Source of the DNA: Lama glama
Taxonomy: Eukaryota
DNA length: 64,000 nucleotides
Reading direction: 5' to 3'
Assembly (NCBI GenBank): GCA_028534125.1
Contig: CM052816.1
Coordinates: forward strand, 78,494,001-78,558,000
Positions 1-14,909 of this stretch are shown here, one piece after another. Below the pieces are notes generated by a model. The model did not search any database, was not told the DNA's origin, and saw only the letters and a list, made by a program, of their open reading frames with translations. Every line of letters begins with the position of its first letter. The stretch's first letter is position 1. The translations under genes and the position numbers were made by a program.

Positions 1-374
1 GAAATGTATAGGATCGGCAAATAACCAAAACAACAACAAAAAGCTTTAATGATTACTGAACAACAATTCCTGCTTCCAATAATGAAAACCCTAAAGCTTT
101 ACTGAAAAACAAAAAAAAGTGAATGAACTGAAGCCCATACCTTGTTCTTCAATAGAATGGCTCAATATTACAAAGGTGTCAATTATTTTTATATTAACCT
201 ATAAATATACTGTAATCCTGATTTTAAAAACTAATGAGAGAGCTTGAATAAACAATTTTAAAGTTCAAAAAAAAGAGAATCTTGAAAGGGAATATGAGAG
301 ATGAGAATCTAAGAAAATCTATTTCATGTATTAGCTAGATTGGAGGTTTCTGGTTACTGATGATAATAACAGCA

Positions 375-684
375 GTCAATGACTGCTATGCAAGTTACTA
401 GCTACTTTGTATTCATATCATCATTTAATTTTTGTGGCAATCTTGCAATGTAGGCATTATTCATTCATCAAAAATTTACTGAGTATTATACTAAGTACCG
501 GAAACTGTAAATACAACTATACACAAGACACATAAGTGTCCCTGCCTTAACCAGCTTGCAGACTATTGTAGAAACTCAGCCTCTTTCAAAGAGGTTAACT
601 AATTTGCCCGAACTCACACAGTCAATAAGGGAGAGAGTGAGGATACAGACTTAAATTTAAAACCCATGCTCTTAACCACTACAT
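375..684 (-). mobile_element. MIR interrupted by an L2 3' end (~460-565)
   Basis: The MIR halves (tcatttaatt...gtaggcattatt and gaggttaactaatttgccc...gctcttaaccactaca) flank ttcattcatcaaaaatttactgag...gtccctgcctt. Confidence 0.7.
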
Positions 685-2108
685 TGAACACAATAAAAAA
701 ATAAATTTTATAATGCTAACAAACCATCAAATTATATTAACTTTTATAAAATTCCCTCAAGGAACATAAAAAGCAATCACATATTCAAATGTTTATTAAT
801 ATTTTATAAATAATAAAATAATTTAATTTAATTCAATAATATTGTGTTAATGCCAATTTTAAAACTTAAAAGATTAAAAATTCAGGTATTAGTTCAGGAG
901 AAAAACAGCTGTTATTCAAAGTTAACAGCTATATTTATAGAGTTCTGTATTATAGGTCTAGTTTGATTAATCACTTTAGCAATTATATTAACAAATCAAA
1001 TAATTCTAAAGGTGAAACAATAATGGATCTTCGTGGAAAGCAAAGACATAAGCAGACAAATCATAACAATGCCATCTATAGGACAATTAGTAGAATGCAG
1101 ACAACTAACTTGGAACTTGCAAACAAAATTCTTAACCACCTTTATTAGAAACTTCTAGAATGGAAAGAAATCAATAAAACACTCAAAACTGAATCTTACC
1201 TTACACACAAGACTGAGAACTGACAGACTATTTGTAATTCTCATATACTCCTATATTGCAAGTTTCTACAAAGAGTAGTGAGCACTTTCACACCTACTGA
1301 TATTAGCTGGGCTTTATCACTTATTAATAGATATCCCCTTATTCTTGTACTCAAGCCAAAGAGTTGGAATATAATACAGACCTTACATAGAAAGCCAAAA
1401 CAGGTCAAGACTAAACTAAGTTATAGGTAACTTCTGTGCCTACAGAAAAAGCTTTCTCCTGGATATGAGTTTTCACAAGGAAGAGTATTTGTAAGACCAT
1501 ACTTAATGTATTATAATGAACCAAATACCACATGTCTTAGGTGACAGAAAAAAATGAATATGAAAGAGTGATACTGGTCAATTTCTGCAACTACCCTGAT
1601 AAGTAGTTTTTAACAGAAACTTACAAAAAAAATCTAAAGATTATCTTACTTACCAAATTAAGGGATATCAATAAAGACAATGCCCTCAACTTATTCAGCA
1701 AGGAAAAAAAATCTGTTAAGTTTCTACCTCAGAGAATACTATCACTGGCCCACAGAAGCCAACTTCAATTGGTTAGTTACAGCAAATTTTTTCTTTAAAC
1801 TGTATTTTTCTTTAACTCTGTCTACAGAGATATTACTGGAAAGTACCTAAAAGTACTGAAAGGTGGTGGAAAAGAAAATGGTAGTTCAAATCTACAGATA
1901 TACTGCCTGCCATATCATCACTTACTCTTTAAAATCCTTTTTATCAAAGGTAAGGTAAAGAAAGATAAACCAATTTCCAATGGTTTGCTTTCTGACATTT
2001 CATTTATCCTCTCAACAGTATTGCCATGGTACATAAAATTATAAAGTCTAGGCATTACAACTCTTTCAGACAAACTATGTGGCATGTGAGAAAAGAAAAA
2101 AAAAATCA

Positions 2109-2215
2109 GGGGGAGGGTATAGTTCAGTGATGGAGTGCATGCTTAGCATGCGAGGTCCTGCGTTCAATTCCCAGCACCTCCACTTAAAAAATAAATAACC
2201 CTAATTACCCCCCCC
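2109..2215 (+). mobile_element. tRNA-Ala-derived SINE (camelid Vic-1 type)
   Basis: GGGGGAGGGTATAGTTCAGTGATGGAGTGCATGCTTAGCATGCGAGGTCCTGCGTTCAATTCCCAG with Pol III A/B-box remnants and an A-rich tail. TSD AAAAAATCA at 2100-2108 and 2216-2224. Confidence 0.88.
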
Positions 2216-5200
2216 AAAAAATCAATCGCAGAGAGGCTGAGATAATTACTTGCCAACTTCATAAAATGAGTAAGCAGGAAAGTCAAATCCAGGACTTTCT
2301 AGAATAAAATCTAATATAAGTTTTATGTTACTGTGTAGTAATCCTAAATACCATAGACAGAAAGTCAGAGTAAGCCCAGCGAAATTAGACAGAAATGTGC
2401 TTCATATTTATCACAGCTCTTAGTTTAAAAGTATAATACTCATTTAACAGCCAAAGGAAAATCAAACTCCAGTTTTGTTTCACCTTTCATGGACCCAAAA
2501 ATTTCTTTCTAAGAATATACTCCCAAATTGGACAACCTCAAAATGATATTTAACCTATAGCTCAAATACCAGGATTTTCCTTATTCAAAATCAAAGTAAC
2601 ATAGTTTAGGGTAAGAGATGAATACAGAAATTATAATAAAGACCCAATTTTTAAGAAATGGGTCAAAAGCCAAGGTCATTATATAAAAGACAAGAGGGTA
2701 GAAAATGGGCAGCAATAGAAATTTTACCTGACCCATGGTAAAATGTAATTTATAGGCCCAGAATGACAAAATCAAAATAGTGAGGACAAAAGATAACTTT
2801 GTGGCAGTCAAAGGAAAAGAACTAGAGTGGAAACCAAAGTGTCTATGGTGAGTGAAGAAAAGGTTGGCTAATATAGATCTCTACTTCTGCATCTAGGTAT
2901 GACTTAAACAGCTTCAAATTACAAACAGGTGTCTGCTAGCCATCAATACTAGGCTTAATGGTCATTAAGCTGAATACAGACTTTAACAGAACTATCTTGA
3001 TTATTTTCTGAAATTATCTTTTAAACTTATTGTCAGTTATTCTAGTTTATCTTATGAATTCTAAAATGGATTATGACAGGGAGTCCAAAATAGTATACTG
3101 TTTAATGACTTGTATCCTTAAGGCAGGTTTCTTGGATTTGAAACCCAGCTCTGCTCTGCCACTTACTACTTGTGAAACTTTGGGCAAAATGGATTGTTAT
3201 TATTTGAAACTTACTAAAATTTATCTTGTACATTTCATGTTAATATTAATAATCTTTTGCCACTTTCAGGATACAGGCTTTCATCATTTTTAGCTGTTAC
3301 ATTTGGCAGCTTTTTAGGAAGGGATAGGGATGCAAATATCAGAAAAATATAAATATTGCACATTACACCTCTGATTGCATGGGTAAAAAGGAGAAGTCAA
3401 AGGAAAAGCTTCACAAGTGACACAAATACAAACGTTTTCAAAGGCTAGGAGACATAAATAGATGATGGCAGAACTTGAAAGGCATTTAGGTTTGTGTCAC
3501 TTGAGAAGCACTTGTTACAAGCATCCTATTGATTTGTGCAAGCACTTGAACAGATAGCCATTTTAAAGAAAAACAGTAGGTAAATAATGATACATGGATG
3601 ATACTCAGATAAGGTGAAATCATACAAGTAGACCTTGAATGAGAAATAAACACATTGTTTTAGCATATACATGACTCTCAACTTTTGATACTTGACTATG
3701 TAAGTTTGCAGTTGATGCTTTAATTTTTCAGTAGGCTGATTTTGGGAATCTAGTGACTGATTCTTTTTGATAACAAAGAACATAAAAATATAGAACAAGA
3801 AACAATGTTCTCAAATGGTAATTACAAGACTTTCGTAACTATTTTGAAAAATGGACACAGCATAATTATGTTCTTTGCTACTAGTGGCTTTTAAAATGAA
3901 CTTATTTTATAATTGTTTTTTAGCAAAGAATAATGTGTGGTAATTTGAAAAGTTCTATTCCTGTGAACACTACAATTAACAAGAATCTGTTATGTCAATG
4001 TCATAACATGAGGCTTTTTCATCATGCATATGGATCAATTTGCTTTGTTAGAAAAAAGATGAGGATTCTGTTTATGTAAACAAATATACTTCAAAGGAAA
4101 ATATCTCATTTCCCAGTCATGCACTTGCGACATAAAGACTTCCCCTACAAAATCAAAAGCCCCTTTTCTATTGCAATAAGCGCTGTAACCTTCATCACAG
4201 GATTGTTCAAAATCACACTTTCTTAAAATGAAGATGAAAATATAGTTTACAGAAGCACATGGTGAAACAAGAGAAACAAAGATAACACAATGTGATAGTA
4301 TCAACTGACATGAAGAACTGTCTTTGATTCTGAAGTTGTAATCTTTCCTACTTTACTCTTAGTTCCCTCTTTTGGCAGGGGTGGAGGTGAGGGGTGGGTT
4401 GTGCCCCACAATCTTATCTAGCGAAACACTGGTATTAAACACCCTGGCATTTCCAGTACAAAAATGATGAGGATGGCTTTACTTTGGCCAGGTGCTTGTT
4501 CGTATTTTGAAAGTTTCAGAGAAAGTTGTCAGTTTCTTCTCAATTAAAGTAATAATTTAGTAAATAACTCTGAAAATAGGAGTCAGTGGTCTAACCTACC
4601 AGAAATACAAATTCAAATATCAACATGAACTTGTACCTTCCAGAAGGCAACTATCTACTTTTATTAGGAAACTTCTAATTTGGATAAAGTATAATGAGAG
4701 AAGAAATTTCACTAGCTTTCCTTTTATTCAGGAAATAGATGGTTTGGGGGGGAAAGAAAGGAAAATTACCACAAATGAAATGACAATGACAATTTGCAAC
4801 AACCGAGTGCAGTCATTTCACATATATTTTTCCAATGGAGACAATGACGTGGTAAAGAAATGGATACCAGGTGCATTTCCTTTTAGTCTGTGTTCTACCA
4901 ATGATACTAAATGATGAAACATTTAATTGACTTATAAGCCAATAGCTGGATCCTTAGGAAGTTTGATACAAATGCAAAGAATTTCTGGTGTGTTCAGTTA
5001 GCATCACTTCCACAAAAGATAAAGGCACACCATGGAGATCCTTGGGCATGTGTTACTACTACTACCACGTGATAAGATTTATACCATCTTTCTATGTCAA
5101 AAGAAAGGACAGAAACCACTGAAATGAGAATGACGAATAGCAGCAGCTATTTTTTAAAAATCCTCTTTTGACTATGACTGAACAAAAGGTAAAGAAAGTT

Positions 5201-6300
5201 ACTAAGCTAATAAACTGTTTCAAACATGTAAAGGTTTACATAGTCTTAATTTTAAAATAATTCTCTCCCTGTGAATTTACAGTTATGATACAACTTCAGT
5301 GTGTTTTCATAAGGGTATTGTTTTGAGAAAGAAACTCCCATGAAGAATTACTGGGGTTCCTAAGGGCCCTGGGGGGAGGGGGGAATTACTGCAGTAAAAA
5401 GACTGTATTGAAACTGTCCTGACCTTAGAACTTCATCTAATTAGAACTTTTGACCTATAATTTACCTAATTTGATAAAAAGATGTATGCAAAAAGAGTTG
5501 GTACAGGGATCAAGTTAATTGAGGAATCTGGTTAACTGATTTTGTCTGTAATAGATTTGTAACAAATATCCTAAGATTAAATAGTCAAATGAATTTCCCA
5601 TTGTTTGTAGTTCTATCCAAAATTTTAATATTACAAATTAATTTTGAATCATACTTCACAACTATGTTACTAAAGTTTACATAGATTTAATTAACCTATG
5701 TAGACATTTCAAATGTGTTTAAGATAAAACATTTCGGGTATTTTTCCAGAAATACATTAGAATGTATACCTCAGAGAAATGTTAAGTTAAATGTCCAAGA
5801 ATAAAGGAATGATTTTATACAGGGTTATATACAAGTGGTTGATAGACTACACTCTAAAAAACACTACCTAATGGTATTTTAAATGTAAACAGTGTAAATT
5901 TTTAAATGAAAATAAAACCTTTCTGAGGACACTTTCTTTAAAAAAAAAAAATCTCAAAAAAGTCTGAGGTTAAAATAGTATTTAAAAGTAGCTATCATTA
6001 AAATTAAAATGGCAAAAAAACCCCTCAAAACTCCACAAGTTCTCCAAATGATATACTCTGTAATTGGACAAATTACTAACCTTCCCTCAAATTTATTTTA
6101 TATTTATCACAAAGTTTTGAAGATAGTCAATAAAAATGGGTTATGTAAGAAATAGTCAATATAAAATTAAAAAGCTACTTCCTGGCACTAAAAGTAATAA
6201 AAATTTTCCCTACAGTTTACTATGCAGAGTTATGGCAACAGTGGTCATTATCCATAGGTTTAAAGACTACTGATACTACCTCTTGAGGTGAACTACAAAA

Positions 6301-6684
6301 TGTGAGACATTTATTGCTCACCAAGTATCCATGTGCTGTCCACATGTCCCAGACCCTTACCAGCAGGGTTGGGCCATGTAAATTGTTCTGGTTAATGGGC
6401 TATGAGTAGAAATGATCTGTTTGCCATTTCATGGCTGAAATACTTAAGAGCCTATCACTGGAAGGCCCTTCAGCTCTTTTTCCCCCTGTGGCGGTCACTG
6501 TGGCAGTCCAATGTTCCAGAGGTGCAGTTAGGAATTGTCAGGAATTCCATCAGTCTGGCTTCTTCAGCTACTGGATAGAGCAGATCTCTTCCCCGACAGA
6601 CTGTGTTGGATAGGTAAGATGAGCAGAAATAAACCATTGTTGTAGTAAGACTGTAGTATTAATCTATCTCATTCAGCTAATACA
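6301..6684 (+). mobile_element. MaLR solo LTR (MLT1J/I-like)
   Basis: Starts TG and ends ctaataca; internal ggccatgtaaattgttctggttaatgggctatgagtagaaatga and aataaaccattgttg. Confidence 0.75.
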
Positions 6685-6959
6685 GGATTTATTAATAAAA
6701 GATTGTCATAATTCCAGTCCATTTACTTAGTGGGCTTAGCTCCAAAGAGAAGAACCCCATAAGTCAGTTATTTATTGTCATAACTATTTCCTCTTATCAA
6801 CAGAGAAGAGCATAAAAATGTAATAAATATAATCTTATTCAACTTCTAATGCACAATCATACTAAAAAATATATTAAGAAAACTATACACTTTTGTTAAA
6901 ATATATTTTCACATGAGTAAAAAACTCTTATAATACAAACCCTTATTTGTTTTGTATCC

Positions 6960-7365
6960 TTCTCTTTACATATACACACTTCTTTATGCTGAATCACTTG
7001 AGTAAGTTGCACTATGACACTTCACCCTGAGAAAAAGGACATTCACCTACACAAGAAATTATCATACTTAAATGTAATATTGATAAAATTATCTCACAGT
7101 CCACATTCAAATTTCTCCAATTACCCCAAAAATGCCCTCTAAGGGAGCAATCTAGGATCATTCAATCAATTAATCAAGGATCACTTCATTGGGTCATCAT
7201 GTGTCTTACAGTCTCCTTTAACCTAGAACAGTTCCTCAAGCTATGGTTTTAATCTTTCAAGATACTGATACTTTTGCAGAGTTAATGCTAATTATTTTGT
7301 AGAGCCTTCCTTACTTTTAATTGTTTTGCTTTTTTCCCTTATGATTAGAATCAGGTTAAAAGAGA
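6960..7365 (-). mobile_element. Old LINE-1 3' UTR fragment (L1MC4/5-like)
   Basis: aaggacattcacctaca...ttcaaatttctccaattaccccaaaaatg...agtctcctttaacctagaacagttcc. Confidence 0.6.
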
Positions 7366-7391
7366 CTGCGTTGTGTTTGTAATAGTATGCA

Positions 7392-7430
7392 TGTGTATGT
7401 GTGTGTGTGTGTGTGTAGAGAGAGAGAGAG
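7392..7430. repeat. Compound (TG)n(AG)n microsatellite
   Basis: tgtgtatgtgtgtgtgtgtgtgtgtagagagagagagag read directly. Confidence 0.95.
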
Positions 7431-7549
7431 AACCATAACAAATCTTGGCTAGTGGAGTCATCACAGGAAGCACAAAAGAAAGGAATGGGTTTTTAAACTC
7501 TACAATACATACTCGCGAGGCAAACATCAACCACTCTTAGTTTGAACCC

Positions 7550-8115
7550 ACATGCTGATGACTCTCAGGCTTAACTTCTCCTTAAGCTTGAGGCTAATAT
7601 AACCAGCTGACTGTTGGGCAGCTTCAACTGGCTGTCAAACAGACAATTCAAATTTAACATGTACAAAACTCAGCCACAAAACTTAACACTACTCACCTTC
7701 CATATTCCTTCTCTAACTTAAATATTGCATCAGCACTTCATCCAATCTCTAACGCCTAGTCAAGACACTTCCCTCTGTCTTAAACCACTAAGACACCAAG
7801 ATGACTTATCAATTTCACCTGTACTTCTTACACCCATTGTTTTCTATCCAACCATACTGCCTTTGTTCTAGAACTTTAGGATTTTTTTCCCTAGACCTCT
7901 TGCAATAGCCTAATTGGGTACCTAACAGCCTAATCTCTCAATCTTACCATCTTTAGGTATACCTTCCTCACTCTATCGGACTAATGCATTCAAAAGACAA
8001 ATATGATCAAATGATTCACCTCTTAAAATCTTTCAGTGGTTCCTCTTTAAGGAACATAATAAAGTTCAAACTCAACATCACCTACAAAGATTCAAAGCTG
8101 ATTGCCTATCTACAT
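7550..8115 (+). mobile_element. LINE-2 fragment
   Basis: atgctgatgactctca...tcaaatttaacatgtacaaaact...cttgcaatagcct...ttaaaatctttcagtggttcc. Confidence 0.72.
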
Positions 8116-11100
8116 CTCCATATACTTCTTGATGTATATGGTGCTTTTTTTTCAGTTATACTGCTTTCTTCACTTTAGTCACTGGATACCAGCTTTATAA
8201 TTGGTGCCATAATAATTTCCCTCTGGGAAAAAAGACATTTCATGGAGACAGAAGAACAGTTACATTTTAAGTTCATTAACTTTTAGAATAGTCTATGTAA
8301 ATTTCACAACAAGCAGTTTGATCAGGAAATGTGTGCTTAGCCTTTAAGTACTGTGAAAGATGAAAGAAAAGTCAGACATATCTCCTGCTCTAGAAAGAGT
8401 TTCCAGTACAGAATGTAGTTTTTATAAAGGTATCCATATAATTACAGGTGGGTAGAAAAGTACAAGGATCATAAACAAGATCCAAGTAAGTTCAGAGGAG
8501 GGAGACATTATTTATAAATAATGAGTAGGAAAGGCTGGAAGGAAGTCAGGGAATATTCCCCAAAAGAGATGGCCTTGAAGAATATGAAAGGTGTGGGCAT
8601 GCGTGTGAGAGAAATAATCATAGTTACACCAACTCACTTTCTCTAAGGCAACTATTCTAAACCAGTTTTCTGCCCCTACACACCTGAGGAATATGACATA
8701 TTGTTTTAGTAATAATGGCTCATTAAAACTGAGTCTCAAAGAGAGAACAGTAGTAAGTGGGATGTTATCTCAGAATTTGGTGTCATCTGGGAAAAACCTA
8801 TCCAGTTGCTCTGCCCTCCCTGCTACTTCCTCTAAATGGGAATCTGCTCTCAAGACACCTAACCAATTTCTAGCAAGTTTCTCCAGATTCCTCCAGTCTT
8901 CACGTAATGCTAGTTTAGACACAGATCACAATAACAGAATCCTTTTTTTCCTCTTAATTCAGCTGAGAATTTCTCAAAGGGAAGATGAATGACATCCAAA
9001 GAATAAAATAAACCAAGAATTTATAGATACTAAAAGAGCAAATGTGCTGATTCATTATAGAATTTCTATCTTAAAACACAACTCACCATGCAAGCTCTTC
9101 CCTTAAATACAACTATTTTAAATCTTGGCTATAACATCCTCTCCTCCTGGAAAAGTTGAGTTAGTGTGCAAACTTATATAATAATTATTTAGAGATAGAC
9201 CACTAGTACTGAAAGACAGTAGTAACAGCTTCTATATCTCCCTCTTCTTTTACTTTCTCTCCTCACTACTAAGAAAGTGTATTTCTTTACAGAACAATGA
9301 GGTACAGATTTCAAAAGGAACATTTTTATCTCCACAACTGGAAATACACAACTCAAAACTGCTTCTAAAAGAGCATTTAAGATAACAGTAGTAATCTTAT
9401 CATGCTCAGAAGTCACTGTTTAGCAGGGAAATGGAATGGGCTGAAGCTGAAAGGAGACCAGTTTCATGAGCTACTATAATAATCCAAGCATAAAGTAATG
9501 AGGATTATGAACTACGGTAAAAGCAGTAAGAAAAACTAAGATATATAAAGGAAGGATATTTTGCATGTTAGATCCAACAACTAAAGTGAAGAGATGGAAG
9601 GAAAGGGAAATAGTCAAAACTTGACAAATTTTGAGCCTAGGGTGCCCATGAAGAAGTGTTGCTTATTGACCTATTGGTTAACCAGATCTTTTCAAGTCTT
9701 TTTGCGCAGAGATTCAAGAGGCAAGCTTTTCTAAAGGGTAACTGGATTGTCTGAAGGAGGAAATAAAGGTAAAAGATGGGGGAACCAACTGTGTGCTAGA
9801 AGAACAAAGAAAGTATTATTGTCTTTCTCAACCTTAGAAAGTCTTGGTTCTACTTTTTAATTAATTAATTTAAACAATATTAAAAAAATTTCCTTTCAGG
9901 CCTCACTTACACAAACTTACATGCATGCACACACACATTTTTATTGCCAAACTGGGACTGCACTAATCATGCTGTTTAAGCTTTTTTCCCTTTAATGATA
10001 GATTGTTTGTTAGCAATTTATCCAGTATAGAGTCCTACTTCCTTTTTTTTTTTTAAGAAAAAAATAGATGCATAGTATGTACCATGAACTACCTAAGTGC
10101 TATTTATATCCATATAGTTGAGTGGGTTTTTTTGTTGTTGGTAAGTTTTTTAACTTCTATATATTTATATTTTGCTATTACCATTACTGCAAATGCATAT
10201 CCTAAAACATGAATTTTTATGCCCTCCAAGATTTCTAAAGGTCAGATTCTTTGAAGTGGGGTTAGTGAGTAATGGGCATTTTAAATTTTGACTGATAGAG
10301 TAGCACAAAATTACCTTCCAAGAAGATTGTAACAAGTCCTCTCTAGCATTTATAAACCATCAATTCTTGGAATGAAAAAAAAGACCCAAATCATCCGTAT
10401 CTGTTTCCCTAATGTACTGAACCTAATCCTTTTTACTCATGTCCAATGTGAAGTTTCAATCTAAACTTCAGAGCATTAAGTTAATTTATCTTAAAAGAGC
10501 TGTCATTCTTCTAAAGATTAGACTGATAAGTTCCCAATGGAAAGTGGTACTCACTCATCAACAGACAGAAAACTGCAAGAAAATTTTTGGTATTCATAAT
10601 ACCTGAGGGTTGCATCTGAGTGGGACACTGAATCACGGACCACAATGAATGTCTTGCCCAAAATGCCAATAGAATTCATGCGCCTCTGGTTGGGAAATAG
10701 ACAACTTGGGTATGCTGCTCAACTTCAGCTATAAGAAGTCTGGAAAGATGGTCAAAGAGGTTCAAGTGTGGGTACAGTAGAAACTGAGGGTAGGATACAC
10801 ATAAAATAATAACTCTGAGAAATATTTGCAGTATTATTTTTTTTTCTTTACATAGTTCCTTAGGTAAGGCTTCAAGTTTCTAAAGAAACTACATCTGACT
10901 GATTACTTCTGAAATTCTCTGCTTAAACTTTTTACTATTGTGGCTTATTGGTATAGAATGTTTCTCTTTTTGCTCTCCAAGATTTAATGTGTATGTTTGG
11001 TTGTGACTGCACTATTTTGGATGCTACCTTGGACAATGAAAAAAACTGAAACTGGGACTTAACAATTATTTTTTTTAAAGGTACTCCAAGCTCTTCAGTC

Positions 11101-12544
11101 ATTTCTGAAGTAATACCTTTAATACCTTTCTATTTATTTCTTAAAAATTATAATTTCTTTGTGGTCCTAATTCTGTGTTCCCTATACAGTACCTGGACAA
11201 TAAATTTACCACATACAACGTGAGCTCAATAAATCTGCAGCAAAAGATTGGCTCTTTAATACTAGGAAGTTTACAAACAAATCTCAATGAAAAGTGGTTT
11301 CTTACTTAGGAAACTTCTATAGGACACAGACTGCAGAGGGCCAAAAACATAAAAACAAACAAATAAAACCTAAGCATCCATAATGTACAAAATGTGGTTT
11401 GTCTGCCCCACAGTCAGAGGGCTATCATATGTGAAGTTAACTTAGCCATACTTGATTTTTTTTTAGTTGAAGAGATAGTTTGCAAGACTAAATAATTTTT
11501 CAGCAAATACTAAAGCATTCTGCAATCTCATCTGTACACTAAGATAAGGACTTCTATTTCAAATAATTATCTTTCAGCATGTAAACATTTTACATAGTGG
11601 CAGCTGAAGTGTGTTTAATATTTTTGTATTCTATTGCCATTCTATTAAATGGAATCTTTCTTTGCATTAACCATACTGCCTTTTAAAAGGTTGCATAATG
11701 CTACCAGAAATGAATGAATATATTGGTTCTGCTGTGCCTTGTCAGCATTGGAAATTAGCTCTAAAGCACTTCTTTTTGGGGAAGGTAGGTAGCCACCTTG
11801 CATGTGTAAAATGTCTTATCAAAGTTGTTTTAGATTTAAAAACTTTTCTTCATCTATTCATTTATAATTTGTACTTTCATTTGTAAATTATTCTTTGCTC
11901 ATCTCTCTACTGAAATCTTGATGATTTTCATATGAATTGTCAATTATTTATTTATTTAGTCACTACCTTTCAGTCCTGTTTTTCAGAGGCATTTTTGAAA
12001 AGTATAAGGCTTTTTTTCTTTTTATTGTGAAGGTAATATATGCACATCATAAATAGTTTAGACTTCAGGTAAAAGGAGAAAGTGCCTATAATTCTGTCAC
12101 CCTAATGTAACTACAGTACGTTTTGGCATTTTTCCCCCTTGGTCTTTCATGAACAAATGATTTTAGTTTAAGTCATATTACTTTCACAACATTTTGTTTT
12201 CTTTACCTAAGAGGAGAATATGATGAAACACTTCCTAAAGCTCTAACTTTCACCTGGAGTCTTAGACAAAGTATAAATTAAGTATCATTTTAATTTCTGG
12301 TAATCACCTGATTTTATTTTTTTCTTATGACTTATCTGAATTTTTTTATAATGAACATGTATTACATGCAGGAATGTTGTGAGTTTAAAAGAGAAAAAAT
12401 ATACAGGATTCATTTAACAAAATATCTTGCAATTATGAGATCAAGAACAGAATAATATTCTTCTAAAATAAAGACATCACAACAGCTAAAGTCTATCCAG
12501 ACAATTTAGTACTCTATAACCTTGCTACACTAGGTGTGGAACAC

Positions 12545-12842
12545 AGACCAGGGGGATCATACCACCTGGTAGTCTGTTAGAAACAGACTCTCAGACCCTA
12601 GTCCAGATTTACAGAATCACAATTTGCATTTTAAAAGATACTCAGTGAGCACCTCACAGCAGGGTTTCCAAAACTTGGCTACATACCTGAATCTTCTGGA
12701 AAACTTTAAACAGGTACTTATAACGTGGGTGACATCCATCCCCAGAAATACTGATTTAACTGTCAGGAGTAAGGACTGAGCATCAACATTTTAAAATCAC
12801 CTCCTAGTGATTTTAATATGTAGCAAAGTTTGACAACCACTA
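12545..12842. mobile_element. Two adjacent MER5A-like hAT-Charlie MITE relics
   Basis: tgttagaaacagactctcagaccc...tttgcattttaaaagatac, followed by cagggtttccaaaacttggct...gtgattttaatatgtagcaaagtttgacaaccact. Confidence 0.72.
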
Positions 12843-14909
12843 TTTCAGAATGCAGGCACTTAAAGTGGCTCACCAAAATAGGTAGAATCCGCATTTTACC
12901 AGTCACCACATGTGCAAAGAAATACACTACAGCATTTTTAGTGCTATTCTGAAACTCATCCGTATTTCTTGTGGATCAATCTCCCCATAACAAGATAGTG
13001 CTTAATGAGCTACCATTCCCTCAAAGAACATAAGGCTTAAAGTTCTAGAAAATAATCAAAATCTAGCACTTTTCAATTTTGTGCCTTTTTCTCCAATACT
13101 CAGATTTAAAAATCATTAAGTATTAATTATACTTTCTATTGAAGACTTAGTGAGAAAGATAACTACATTTTGACAAAATAAAAACTCAGGGAGCAACAAA
13201 AGTCAGTTTTTTAATTTGATCAATGTTGGTGGTTAATTTAAAGGAAAATTATTAGGAGAAAAGGGAAAGTCCATACACTGTAATCAAATTTCATCTTACT
13301 TCCTTCTGCAAATCAACAATTTTAAGCTACTAACAATAAGTAAAACAAAATCTCCTCAAGTAACCTAAGTATGTTACATGTATATAGGAAGGAAAGGAGA
13401 AAACCTTCGATCTGAGATTACAGTAAAAGAAACAATAACTAGGAGGGCTATTGGCTTCAATTACTAAGATCATTTTAAGACTACTGATGAAACTATGTAG
13501 CCTTATAATGTATACTGGACATCCTTCAGCGCTGTAAGTTGCGTGTGAGACTTTGAGGCCCCAAATCATTTACCAGTATAAACATATATCCCACTGCAGT
13601 AAAACCTGGAGCTGAATGAAGCAGCAACAGGTAGAACTTTCATTCCTTGATATCTCACAAAGTTAATGGAACCAGAGTAGATGACATCAATACTTCTGGA
13701 GCTACCAAGACTCTGGTTATTTTCATTGATTCATTTATTGAATACAGGCAGAATAAATTTTAAAAAGCCACTGCATTAGAAGTTTGAAAGAAAAAAGTCA
13801 TTCTTAATAAAAACCATTAATAAAGACAACACAGTGATTTTAACAGGAGGAAGAATTATGTAAACAGCTCCCAAATTTATGCGTAACATAAAAATACATT
13901 CTTTCTTTAAATTAATCTTAAAGTGTCCCAAAATATCATTATTAGTATCACTGTCATTATTTAAAATTGTTTTGGGAGATCTCAACATACACAATTCCTT
14001 TAATATATTTTATGTATATTTATTATATATTATATAAAACATATATGATACTGATTACACGTTTTATTTGCAAAGATAAATTCATAGTAGGATTTTAGGG
14101 TTGCTCTGTTTCACTAATCTACCTATCATGATTTACTGTACAATGATGTTTTAACTACTGTAACCTGATAATATGTTTTAACATATAGTAAGCCGTGTCT
14201 CCCCTCCCCATTAACTCACAGTTTTCAATTTTTTCTTTTTTCTTTTTTAGATAAATTACAGAAATATTATTTCAAGTTTCTCCAACATCTCACTGAAATT
14301 TTGACTGAAAATACAAACCAATAAATAATTCAGAAATAGGCATCTTCAAAACATTTTCTCTATTGGCCTTTCTCAAAGTTTCAAGTTTTCTTATGTCACA
14401 TACATTCCTCATTAAGACTGATTGAGGAAAGAGAAAAGTACAGGGGAAACTGCCCTTTTCATGCATGAAAAACTAAATTTAAGGAAGTATTCCATATTCA
14501 AGTCCAGTTCTAACCTTATAAGCAAATTGCAGGCTTTTCTGCTCAATCACTCACTATTAAGTCCTCAATCTTCAAATAAGAACCCTCTATTAGTGGATCT
14601 TCTTCAAACAGGAAAAGTCAGGAAAAGACTTCTATATCAGAAACAACACAGAAATGAGAAATGTGTAGCAAGATATGAACCTATTTCATGAAGACACACT
14701 TCGAAGTAACATTGTCTCTTAGAGTAAGGTTATTCAAATTCACTCATTACTTTTTCCAACTAACTCCTGACAAACTATTTTTTGTCTTGACTAATAATTT
14801 TTGGCAATTTGTACCTTATGCATTAAAAAAAAAACCTCAACTTGCTCCCTGTTCTTATTTTTGTTGAATTTCTTTTTTACTTTTGTTATACTTAAATCCC
14901 ATACGGCAT

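Noticed and set aside
2109..2185. Possible tRNA-Ala(AGC) gene (also 25400-25473)
   Set aside because: Degenerate stems, an A-rich tail and TSDs show these are SINE copies, not tRNA genes.
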